From the NCBI GenBank assembly GCA_045594865.1, contig JAZNZI010000134.1, positions 1 to 51,746 of the forward strand: a stretch of 51,746 bases of DNA. The letters run 5' to 3'. The notes under the pieces are model-generated. The model saw only the letters and a program-made list of their open reading frames with translations, was not told the DNA's origin and did not search any database. Below, in pieces: positions 25,001 to 32,793 of this stretch. A program made the position numbers and the translations under genes. Source of the DNA: Eubacteriales bacterium. GTDB taxonomy: Bacteria > Bacillota > Clostridia > Oscillospirales > CAG-272. How positions within the stretch are numbered: position 1 is the stretch's first letter; each line of letters starts with the position of its first letter.

Positions 25001-28000
25001 TATGCGGAATTACCATTCGCGGTACAAGTAGCATCGTTAGCAGTTACGATAGCACCAAAGGTGTGACCGGTTGCAGAAATAGTCTCGGTCTTGGTCTGAG
25101 TTTCGAAGCCTTCCTTATCAAAGGTTGCGGTATAGGTCTTCACACCTGCAGTTGTACAGGTTGCGGAAGTGGTGGTTTCACCATCGTCTACGGTAGCGTT
25201 TACGCTATCGTGATGCTGGCAATCATTATACTGACAGGTTCTGGTTGCGGTGCAAGCAGTATAGTCTGTCCAGGAATATGTGATATCACCGTAGTTATGA
25301 GCGCGGAGAGCGCCACTCTTGAAGGTGTCGTTGTCGCTTGTGCTTACCTTGCCGCAATGCTCGCAGGACCGGTAGTAAACAGCCTGCTTTGTACAGGTAG
25401 CAGCGGACTTGAGCGCGCCTTCTGCCTCGGTATTTTCAACCTTGTAGGAGTGAGTAAGAGCGTTGATTTCCTGAGTATGTGTCTTTGTATCACACCAGTC
25501 CTGAGTAAAGGTTGCAGTATAAACGGTCTTACCTGCTTTTTCACACTCGGGATCGGTGGTCACGCTTGTAACAGTTGCTGTAGCTGTCTGAGTTCCACAA
25601 TTTGCACAAGTTCTGCTTGCGGTGCAGGAGGAATAATCCTCTGCCCAAACATAAGTGGTATCGCCGTAGCCGTGAACAAGCTTGTCAAGAGTTTCGGTCT
25701 TGGTCTGAACGGTAGCCCAAGCCTTATCGAAGGTTGCGGTATAGGTCTTAGTACCTTTCGCGGTGCAGGTAGAAGGAGTGGTAACTACACCTGTTGCGGT
25801 AGCGGTTGCAGTCTCGGTGTGACCACAGCCATTAGTTACACAAGCTCTGGTAGCGGTGCAAGTCTCGTAACCGTTCCACTCATAAGAGGTCGCGCCGTAG
25901 GTGTGTCCTGTAGAGTTCTGCCAATCTCTCTGCTCAGTGTTATCACATCCCGAGCACTTATAAAGAGTATATCCCTTTGCCTCACAGGTGGGAGCAACGG
26001 TCTCAACCAATACGGTATACTTGTGTCCCTCGGTCTTAATAGCATCTTCCTTAGTCTGAGTTGCAAAGCCTTCCTTAGTAAAGGTAGCGGTGTAGGTCTT
26101 AAGACCGTCCTCGGTACATGTGGGAGCTTTTGTTGTTATTACAACGTCAACAGTCTCGGTGTTAACGTGCGCGGGGTTAGTCTTACATACGATGCTTGCG
26201 GTACACTTAGAATTGTTTGCATTCCAGGTGTAGGTAACTTTCTGTCCATCGTAGTCGTGACCGTTAGGCTCACCGTCGGTAGCGCCACAGCCTGCTCTCT
26301 GGCAGGTCTTGGGAGAGAGACAGGTAGCATCTGCCCAATCGTGACCAAGCGCAGCTTCTGTCTGCTGAGGAACGTATATTTCACCACAGTCAAGGCACTT
26401 CTTACCCTCGGTCTGACCTGCAGTAGTACATGTAGGAGCTACTGCAGCAAGAGTCTCGGTATTGGTATGACGGCAAGCAGCGTCACGGATGTTTTCGCAA
26501 ACGTTACACTCTGCGTCGTAAATATCATCATAAGTATGGGGAGCAAGAGCAGTCTCGGTCTGCTCGATCTCAACCTTACCACATACGTCACAGTGCTTAC
26601 CCTCGGTGAGACCGGGCTCCTTGCAGGTAGCATCCACTGCAGGATCGGTTACATAGTGGTGGTTGGTAGTTACGGGAAGATCCTTGGTTTTTGTGTTAGA
26701 AGCGAAGTTCTCAAATTTAGCAGTATAAACGATCTTACCTGGATCCTTACAGGTAGCGGGAGTAGTTACGCTGGTAATATCAGCAGACTCGCTCTTGCTT
26801 GCAGAGCAATTAACTCTTGTACACTTCTGCTGTGCGGTACAAGAGGAGTAATCGATGCTCCAGGAATAAGTGGTTTCACCGTAAGCGTGATCAAGCTTAT
26901 TAGTGGTAGTGCTCTTTGTCTGCTTAGCAAAGCCTTCCTTAGTAAAGGTAGCGGTATAAGTAACCGATCCGCCTGCGGTGCAGGTTGCAGATGCGGTCTG
27001 GATAGTCGCATTAGCGGTTTCGGTCACAACGTGACTAGGATCGTTCTTACAAACCTTGGTTGCGGTACAGGTCTTGTAATCATCGCTCCAAACGTAAGTA
27101 GCATCGGCATAGTCGTGGCCAAGCTTGCTGCCCTCAGTTGCCTTACATACAGAACAGGTCTTAGGAGCTTCGCAGGTAGCGTTGTTCCACTTGTGACCAA
27201 TCGCCTCGCCCTGAGTTGCGGTACATACGGAGCAGATCTGGGGCGAGGTACAGGTAGCGTCCTTCCAATCGTGGCCAAGCGCCTCGCCCTCGGTCGCGCC
27301 GCAGTTCACTCTCTGACAGGTCTTGGGATCTGTACAGGTTGCGGGCTTCCAGTTGTGGCCGAGCGCATCACCCTCGGTTAACTCACATACGGAGCAGGTC
27401 TTGGGGGCGATACAGGTTGCAAGAGTCCAGGAGTGAGCGATCATAGGAACGATCTCCTGACTTGTGAGGATCTCCTCACAGTCCTTGCACTTCAGTCCCT
27501 CGGTAAGACCTGTTTTGGTACAGGTTGCAGCCTCAGCCGCAAGAACCTCGGTATTGGTGTGACGGCAAGCTGCATCGCGAACGAAGTCACAGCCCTCGTT
27601 GTTACAGGTTGCGTCGTATTCATCATCGTACTTATGTCCTGTTGCAGGAACGGTGCTCTGCGCCTCGAGTACGCTGTCGCACTCCGAGCACTTCTTACCC
27701 GCGGTAAGTCCCGTCTCGGTACAGGTGGGTGCCTTGGCAGCGAGAGCTTCCTCCTTATGTCCTGCCGCAGGGATGGTCTCCTGCTTTACGGTGATCTCAC
27801 CGCACGCGGAGCACTTCTTTCCCTCGGAAAGTCCTGCCTCGGTACAGGTGGGTGCCTTGGCAGCGAGAGCTTCCTCCTTATGTCCTGCCGCAGGGATGGT
27901 CTCCTGCGCCAGAGTTATCTCGCCACAGATGGAGCACTTCTTACCCTCTGTGAGACCCGTAGCGGTACAGGTTGCGTTCTTTCCTTCCAAGACTTTCTCT

Positions 28001-28167
28001 GCGTGTCCTAAGGCTTCACCCTCAGTCTTTCCACAGGTCAAGCAGGTTTTCGGAGTAGTACAGGTAGCGTCCGTCCACTCGTGCTTATGGAAAATATTAC
28101 ACGAGGTAAATGACATTACCATTACGAAAAGCACTGCCACTAAAAGAATAATGCTTCTGGTTTTCAT
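22006..28167 (-). CDS. Giant lipoprotein (2053 aa) built from more than 30 Cys3-His modules plus OB-like and beta-sandwich domains
   Basis: Lipobox VMSFTSC and AAGGAGA RBS. The module array covers aa ~25-1150. A beta-sandwich domain follows (FVFEFGANKNAG...). More Cys modules and then an OB-fold-like segment follow (YKVTGVVYDLYNTTYGNMYLV...GDTITIYGKIGNYNGTSQM). Two related ~140-aa C-terminal domains end in ...FACY(S/T)S...I(S/Q)(I/L)Y(V/K). Confidence 0.85.
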   Translation of the reverse strand: MKTRSIILLVAVLFVMVMSFTSCNIFHKHEWTDATCTTPKTCLTCGKTEGEALGHAEKVLEGKNATCTATGLTEGKKCSICGEITLAQETIPAAGHKEEALAAKAPTCTEAGLSEGKKCSACGEITVKQETIPAAGHKEEALAAKAPTCTETGLTAGKKCSECDSVLEAQSTVPATGHKYDDEYDATCNNEGCDFVRDAACRHTNTEVLAAEAATCTKTGLTEGLKCKDCEEILTSQEIVPMIAHSWTLATCIAPKTCSVCELTEGDALGHNWKPATCTDPKTCQRVNCGATEGEALGHDWKDATCTSPQICSVCTATQGEAIGHKWNNATCEAPKTCSVCKATEGSKLGHDYADATYVWSDDYKTCTATKVCKNDPSHVVTETANATIQTASATCTAGGSVTYTATFTKEGFAKQTKSTTTNKLDHAYGETTYSWSIDYSSCTAQQKCTRVNCSASKSESADITSVTTPATCKDPGKIVYTAKFENFASNTKTKDLPVTTNHHYVTDPAVDATCKEPGLTEGKHCDVCGKVEIEQTETALAPHTYDDIYDAECNVCENIRDAACRHTNTETLAAVAPTCTTAGQTEGKKCLDCGEIYVPQQTEAALGHDWADATCLSPKTCQRAGCGATDGEPNGHDYDGQKVTYTWNANNSKCTASIVCKTNPAHVNTETVDVVITTKAPTCTEDGLKTYTATFTKEGFATQTKEDAIKTEGHKYTVLVETVAPTCEAKGYTLYKCSGCDNTEQRDWQNSTGHTYGATSYEWNGYETCTATRACVTNGCGHTETATATATGVVTTPSTCTAKGTKTYTATFDKAWATVQTKTETLDKLVHGYGDTTYVWAEDYSSCTASRTCANCGTQTATATVTSVTTDPECEKAGKTVYTATFTQDWCDTKTHTQEINALTHSYKVENTEAEGALKSAATCTKQAVYYRSCEHCGKVSTSDNDTFKSGALRAHNYGDITYSWTDYTACTATRTCQYNDCQHHDSVNATVDDGETTTSATCTTAGVKTYTATFDKEGFETQTKTETISATGHTFGAIVTANDATCTANGNSAYKQCTECELYFAAVAENTATNGEKNTDSFVVPATGHTFGETVAANDATCTEAGNSEYKQCTECELYFAENATTDATNGKADTTSFAIPASHSTANAAAQASTCTTQGWNAYEYCTKCDYSTKVLLDLNPDNHVWVDNRCECGAKKVIKTETATSEKKFVFEFGANKNAGAHSDGSNASTEYSETVNGITLNLTNGANMYPKANDGLGNSCIKLGTGSKAGAFEITVPNNVTKVIISAGGYKKNNGKLTYTIGGVEKTVTLAGMFSDSDGIVHNGTDYTVFEIDTSTEKTISFTTVTGGWRVMLNSITLVATVEVEKEVEVIVPAHSCEDNVTGATCTENGTCSKCGDEVADSALGHSYETEVTDPTCEEAGYTTYTCGCGDTYTGNTVAATGHDYDETTHICANCGETDPDACFHEEERAEVTAPTCTTGGYTTYYCADCGEELRKGNETDPAHSYESVVTEPTCTNGGFTTHTCSACGDTYKDSKVSATGHSGYETDYKCDTCSAVVEPTTDTLTIEQAIALGNALGGGKTSTNSYKVTGVVYDLYNTTYGNMYLVNSFVDNESQFQIYGLYLEDETRYDAMTTKPVAGDTITIYGKIGNYNGTSQMANAILESHTQHGENHQWSEATCLVASICSICGKPGEKADHVDNNGDNVCDVEGCGTPIGGATKEVWQLVTNVNQLAADKQIIIVSSEEKYAMSTTQNSNNRGHVAITKDGNTVIIVDNVQIITLEAGTVTGTYAFNVGDKYLYAASSSGNQLKSGTKNANASWKITVDSNGVASIVAQGTSTRNVMQYNSSSDIFACYSSASQTAISIYVKTVVVDSGSGDETPVCESEKCTTCGECTNAECTICETVCEGHNTSAAPTKATTIAVGDVVYFVCESKGYEMSSFNGTSYAYGEAYSGSINGTYAWTVVAGSTSGTFAFKNSKGEYMSWSSSNSLATSTTLNANSSWNVSFSNGDAIITNANDSTRKLQWNASSPRFACYTSTQTAIQLYK
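27715..27907 (-). repeat. Intragenic 123-nt tandem duplication with a 70-nt perfectly identical core
   Basis: nt 27715-27784 are identical to nt 27838-27907. The offset of 123 nt equals 41 codons and encodes the duplicated ...QETIPAAGHKEEALAAKAPTCTE... module. Confidence 0.85.
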
Positions 28168-28268
28168 TTTTCTCTCCTTGTTTTCATTTTAAAATAAAGT
28201 TATAAGAAAAATACATTGTTTTTTTAACAAAGCGCCGAAGGCTTTTTAAAGCCGACATTGTTTGTTTT

Positions 28269-28321
28269 GGTATGATGTTAACGAAGTAAAACATCATACC
28301 AAAAGGGGGTACCCCCTTTTT
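28269..28321 (-). promoter_or_regulatory. Two adjacent strong hairpins in the predicted 5' leader of the 2053-aa gene
   Basis: The palindrome AAAAGGGGGTACCCCCTTTT (28301-28320) is directly followed on the minus strand by GGTATGATGTT-(10 nt)-AACATCATACC (28269-28300). Both lie between the predicted promoter and the RBS. Confidence 0.4.
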
Positions 28322-28346
28322 ATAAAATAGTTTAGCAATTAATTTC

Positions 28347-28375
28347 ATTATACCACTCTTACAAACAAAATTCAA
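28347..28375 (-). promoter_or_regulatory. Sigma-A type promoter (extended -10) for the 2053-aa gene
   Basis: On the minus strand TTGAAT, a 17-nt spacer ending in TGG, then TATAAT. Confidence 0.5.
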
Positions 28376-28515
28376 GGTTATTCTACAAAAGGCTTTATGA
28401 CCGATATGTAGAATTTAACTTGGATTTTTTATGCACTTTTAACAACGACTATGGCATTTTGCAACAAGATACGGCATTTTAAAAACCATTTTTATACAAT
28501 ATGTAGTGTTTTGCT

Positions 28516-28555
28516 CAGAAAAAGCAAAAGAGACGGCGCGGACGCCGTCTCTTTG
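28516..28555 (-). terminator. Terminator of the MoxR/vWA operon
   Basis: On the minus strand AAAGAGACGGCG-TCCG-CGCCGTCTCTTT followed by TGCTTTTTCT, 10 nt after the stop of the 517-aa gene. Confidence 0.8.
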
Positions 28556-28564
28556 CGTTATAGG

Positions 28565-30118
28565 TTATTCATAGTATCCGCAGGCGAAGAGCCACTGGGA
28601 ATCCTCGTATGCGTCGACAGAGATCGTGGGATTGGTCTCTGCCCAGCCCTCTCCGTCGGCAAAGTAGCCACGGGCGATGGAGAAGTGCTGAAGGAACTCC
28701 TTAAGCTCGGGGGTGACGGGCGCAACGCCGTCGGAGTTGACGAGGTCGGCATAGCCCTTTACCGCCATTTCGGCAGCGGTGACGTTGGTGCAATCGACAT
28801 CGCATTCGGGACAGCCCTCAAGGCAGGCGAGCGTGCCGCCGTCAAAGTGACAGGGACAATCGGACACACAATAATATCCACCGGATGCCATAGCTGAAAA
28901 GCCCTTGATGAATAGGCGATAATTCTTAGTACCGCTGTCAACCACGAGAGCGCTGTTTCCCGCATCCTCAATAGTGGTAAAGGATCGATCGATAAACCTG
29001 CACGCCTCGGTTATATAGGCAACGAGCACGGGACCGTAGCCATTCGTTTCGGGATATTTCTCGGGGTCATAGACGTGATAAACGCCGTCGCCGCCCTCGG
29101 AAGTCTTCCATACCTTATAATTATCCTCGTCAAAGACGAGAGTATCGGTTGTATTAGGATAAAGTGTTTCGGCTCCTACGATATTGCCGCCTGCGAGAGA
29201 ATTAAACTTGTCAAAATCGAAGGCAGACCAATCGTGAGATGGGAGCATAGTCTCCCGCTCCGTCCTGCTTATATCGAAGCCACCGTTGCGCTTGATGGCA
29301 AAGGTAAGATTGACGGGATAAACGCTGCTCTTAGTCTCCGCGCCCACCGCAAAGGTAAAGGTCTGGGAGCCGCCCGAGCTGATATTTTCATCAGCAATAT
29401 TTACACTGTGGATAAAGTTTCTTGTATAGCTACCGCAGATGCCAACGTCGGTCACCCTATACTCTCCGTACTTATACTGAGAGGAGCCGAGATAGCCGAT
29501 ACAAATGGGGCTGACCTCATCCTCAGTTGCGCTTACCCAGCTCTCAACGGTGTAAATACCGTTAGTCTGCGGGGCAAACTCAATGTAGCTGTAATCGCTC
29601 TCGGCGGTGATGGTGACGGTGTAAACACCCGTGGTATTGATATGATAGCACTCGTAAAGTCCTGCTCCCGCGCCGCGAAGGGGGTTAAGGTCGTAGAGGT
29701 CGATTATGATATTACGGTTCTCATTAGTAGCAACATACGCGTTTGGATCGTAAGCATAGCCTGCGGGAACGCTGGAGAGTGTGACGTTATAATCACCGTC
29801 AAGTCCGTCTATCACTGCATAGCCACTATCGTCAATAGGCGCGATGTGCACGTTGTATCCGTCGCTCCAATACACGTTCATACTGACCGTGGGACTAAAG
29901 GGCTGCTCGTTCAGGCGAAGCTGTACCGAGAAGTCATTAGTAGGATCGTTGTCCATATCCGGCTGTGTAGCAGAGCCGTCAGGGTATTTATTTCCCTGTC
30001 CGCCTCCGTTATTGCCGCCCGGAGTTCCCGTTGCGGGACGGTACTCGCCGCAGGAGACTACCGAAAGAAGCGCAGAGCACACCAATATCAATGCGATAAT
30101 TCTCTTAAAAATGCTCAT
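28565..30118 (-). CDS. Lipoprotein (517 aa), last gene of the MoxR/vWA operon
   Basis: Lipobox ALLSVVSC followed by a G/N-rich linker. It has a beta-sandwich-like segment (GYAVIDGLDGDYNVTLSSVPAGYAY) and a Cys-rich C-terminal region (CVSDCPCHFDGGTLACLEGCPECDVDC). The start overlaps the upstream stop (ATGA). Confidence 0.8.
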   Translation of the reverse strand: MSIFKRIIALILVCSALLSVVSCGEYRPATGTPGGNNGGGQGNKYPDGSATQPDMDNDPTNDFSVQLRLNEQPFSPTVSMNVYWSDGYNVHIAPIDDSGYAVIDGLDGDYNVTLSSVPAGYAYDPNAYVATNENRNIIIDLYDLNPLRGAGAGLYECYHINTTGVYTVTITAESDYSYIEFAPQTNGIYTVESWVSATEDEVSPICIGYLGSSQYKYGEYRVTDVGICGSYTRNFIHSVNIADENISSGGSQTFTFAVGAETKSSVYPVNLTFAIKRNGGFDISRTERETMLPSHDWSAFDFDKFNSLAGGNIVGAETLYPNTTDTLVFDEDNYKVWKTSEGGDGVYHVYDPEKYPETNGYGPVLVAYITEACRFIDRSFTTIEDAGNSALVVDSGTKNYRLFIKGFSAMASGGYYCVSDCPCHFDGGTLACLEGCPECDVDCTNVTAAEMAVKGYADLVNSDGVAPVTPELKEFLQHFSIARGYFADGEGWAETNPTISVDAYEDSQWLFACGYYE

Positions 30119-32793
30119 TTTGCCGCTCCTTTCTTGGTTTTAACGAAAAGTCCCTTTATATCCTTAAGCTTGAATTTTCTCACCACTACGTCAACGATAA
30201 ACAGCACCGCCGCGAGAATAAGCAGAGGAATTGCAAAGCTTACCTCATAGGTAGCGACCTCGCTCTTGTCATTTTCAAGATCAAGGCTTCCGTCCTCGGA
30301 AATCTGTCCCACACCGCGCATAAAGTCATAGATGCTGACTATGTCGTAGGCGGTAAAGGAGTCGTACTCCTCGCTGTACGCGATAGTGAAGTAGGTATCT
30401 GAGGTAAAGGAATGATTGCCGTAGGTATAGGTTATCTCAATGTGATATTTACCGATATCGGAGGTTTCCACGGTGGCGTAATACCTGTTGAGGTCGAAGA
30501 TCATATTCTCCTCAATAACCGTTCCGTCGGGAGCGGTAAGCTTTAGACTCGCCTTCGCCTTAGGATTTACCGACGAGGGAATGATCTCAATACCCGAGGC
30601 ATCACCCATATAATTAAGATTGAGAGTAAAGGGATAATTTACGTGCTCGGTAGGTGTGTTGGTGACGAGAATATTGTTAAACAGCTGCTCCTTCACACTA
30701 TTGCTCCAGCCGCGAAGCCAGGTTCCCGAAATGCTGGAGGTAAAGGTGGCAACTCTGCCGTTTCCGTGGTCGCGATAGGAATAAAGCGGCACGGCAACCG
30801 GCGTGGTCGGATTCTTGTAGTAATCAACCGAAAGCACCATTTTAGCATCAAGCTTAGGCTTACTGTTTACATAGCCGTAAACGTCGGGCAAGGATAGAAG
30901 TCCCTCCACGGTACCGTCGCGATACATCTCTATATTGACCGCAGTCTGCTTCTCAACCACAGAGTCGGTCAGATCGTCTGCGATCTCGGCAAAGATAAGC
31001 TCGGTAAGCTTGCTCTCGTCAAGGAAATCATAGTACATACCGCCGCCGATGTCGGCAAGATTTTCAAGGAACAGACAGCCCGAGGTATGATCGTTTGGAG
31101 CTGCGGGACTGTGGTTAAGCACGCTGATGGTGGAGAGAGTTATATCGTCGTTTCTCATCTTCTCCGCCACGGCTGCCGCATCCTCAGGCTCGTTGGTAAA
31201 GGTCTTACCGTCGCTGATAAGCATTATCTGCTTCTCACCGTAGTCAAGATCCTTCATATGACTGTACGCCATATCAAGAGCCGCACCGATAAAGGTACCC
31301 TGGGTAGGCTGAACGTTCTGGATCATACGATAAAGCTCTTCCCTGCACTCGCCAAGCTTGGTGGGTGTAAGCTCTATTTTCGCCTCGCCCGCAAGGGTGA
31401 CGAAGGCAACACTGTCATCATCCTCAAGGATAGATACGAGCTTCATCGCAGCCTCCTTTGCCACAAGCAGCTGGGCAGGTCGCGCATAATACATACTGCG
31501 CGATATATCAATTATAATGGTATAAAGCTTCGCGTCCTTATTTGCATTGCCGAAGTTGACGGGCAGAAGCTCCTCAAGGCGCGCGAAAACCTCGTCGTCC
31601 CTGTTCTGCATAGACAGGTCGCCCATAGTGATAAGGCTCTTTCCGTACTGAGAAACGGCAAGGTCCACCGAGTCGATAAAGGCGTAGATATTGTCGATCT
31701 TACGGATATCCACGTTGGACAGTATAATCTCATCGTACTTTACCAGATCCTCAATGGTATAAGGCACTCTGCCGTTATGATCTGTGACAACATAGGAGTC
31801 GATAACAGCCGCCTCTCCAAACAGATCCTCGATAGCATTGACGTCAGCCCGCTTCTCGGTGACGAGCAGAACGCTTCTCTGCCCCGTCACGCTTTGGGTG
31901 AAGAGGTATGAGTTGTTGTGAGGAGAGGTATCGGCGGTTGCAGACAGCTCTACCTTATAGTCGAACACACCGGACTCGTCGGTGGGCAGATCAAAGGTAG
32001 CGATATTCATACCCACGTCCGCCTTGAGAGTGGTGGTGTCGATATTTACGTACTCGCTCTCACCGTCGCGCTTGGCATAAAGATCAATGATAACGTCGTT
32101 CTTTACGCTCGACTCGATAAGCATTTTAAGTGTGCTGTCGTGATTAAGATACGTAGCCGAGGTGTACTCCACGTCGGAGATCTGTATCTCGCTATCTCCC
32201 TCTCGGAGATTGTTGTTAAGATAGATTGCATCAAGCTTTATACCTTTGGCAACGAGGCGCTGTACCGCAGAGGCGGTGCTGCCGTCGGAGGTGGTGGCAA
32301 AGCCGTCGGTGATTAGAATTATTCTCTTGATCTCTCCCTCGCCAAAGAGGGTGGCGGTAAAGTCCAGCGCGCCTGCGATATTCGTGCCGCTGTCGTCTAC
32401 GGTCGCCTCCTTAACGCTCTTTATCTCGGTGCCCGAGGAGGTGAGAATCTCTGCATCCTTACCAAAGCATACGATACCGAGCCTCGAGTTAGATGGCAAC
32501 GCCTTCTCTATATCGCGGATGTACTCGTCTATCTCGTCGAGATTTCGGTTTGAGGAATAGGATACGTCGGCAACGACGTACACCTTCGTTCTCGTCATTA
32601 CGGTGGTGTGGGTAAGTCCCGCCGCCGCAAGAGAAATCGAAATAATAATTACTATGTGAATAATAAGAGATGCAACCCATCCCTTAGTGCGATTGTCCTT
32701 GCTTACGGAGATAAAGTAAGGAACAAGCAGTGCTATTGCCAGCGGAATGGCAATCAGAAGCCAATACGGATTATCGAAGCTGATATTTCTCAT
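30115..32793 (-). CDS. Membrane protein with two vWA domains (BatA/BatB-like)
   Basis: BatA-type N-terminal TM pair (FDNPYWLLIAIPLAIALLVPYF...). Two MIDAS DxSxS motifs (VVADVSYS, IIIDISRS). C-terminal TM anchor (FAIPLLILAAVLFIVDVVV). Confidence 0.8.
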   Translation of the reverse strand: MRNISFDNPYWLLIAIPLAIALLVPYFISVSKDNRTKGWVASLIIHIVIIISISLAAAGLTHTTVMTRTKVYVVADVSYSSNRNLDEIDEYIRDIEKALPSNSRLGIVCFGKDAEILTSSGTEIKSVKEATVDDSGTNIAGALDFTATLFGEGEIKRIILITDGFATTSDGSTASAVQRLVAKGIKLDAIYLNNNLREGDSEIQISDVEYTSATYLNHDSTLKMLIESSVKNDVIIDLYAKRDGESEYVNIDTTTLKADVGMNIATFDLPTDESGVFDYKVELSATADTSPHNNSYLFTQSVTGQRSVLLVTEKRADVNAIEDLFGEAAVIDSYVVTDHNGRVPYTIEDLVKYDEIILSNVDIRKIDNIYAFIDSVDLAVSQYGKSLITMGDLSMQNRDDEVFARLEELLPVNFGNANKDAKLYTIIIDISRSMYYARPAQLLVAKEAAMKLVSILEDDDSVAFVTLAGEAKIELTPTKLGECREELYRMIQNVQPTQGTFIGAALDMAYSHMKDLDYGEKQIMLISDGKTFTNEPEDAAAVAEKMRNDDITLSTISVLNHSPAAPNDHTSGCLFLENLADIGGGMYYDFLDESKLTELIFAEIADDLTDSVVEKQTAVNIEMYRDGTVEGLLSLPDVYGYVNSKPKLDAKMVLSVDYYKNPTTPVAVPLYSYRDHGNGRVATFTSSISGTWLRGWSNSVKEQLFNNILVTNTPTEHVNYPFTLNLNYMGDASGIEIIPSSVNPKAKASLKLTAPDGTVIEENMIFDLNRYYATVETSDIGKYHIEITYTYGNHSFTSDTYFTIAYSEEYDSFTAYDIVSIYDFMRGVGQISEDGSLDLENDKSEVATYEVSFAIPLLILAAVLFIVDVVVRKFKLKDIKGLFVKTKKGAAK

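Noticed and set aside
24730-27381. 883-aa plus-strand ORF (and 27433-28011, 22726-23367, 23527-24354) inside the giant gene
   Set aside because: These are the same shadow-ORF effect in codon register with the 2053-aa minus-strand gene. They have no independent coding signals.
12669-28167. Diversity-generating retroelement or other targeted-hypervariation system acting on the repeat-rich surface proteins
   Set aside because: There is no reverse transcriptase gene, no template/variable repeat pair with adenine-specific differences, and no accessory genes. The only near-perfect DNA repeat is the in-frame 123-nt tandem duplication.
14876-28167. Dockerin/cohesin (cellulosome) interpretation of the DxDxDG motifs
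   Set aside because: The motifs occur singly, are flanked by Cys and are not in the duplicated 22-residue dockerin format. No cohesin-like or glycoside hydrolase domains are evident.
28451-28897. 148-aa plus-strand ORF spanning the intergenic region and the 3' end of the 517-aa gene
   Set aside because: It runs through the operon terminator hairpin and is antisense to a well-supported lipoprotein gene.
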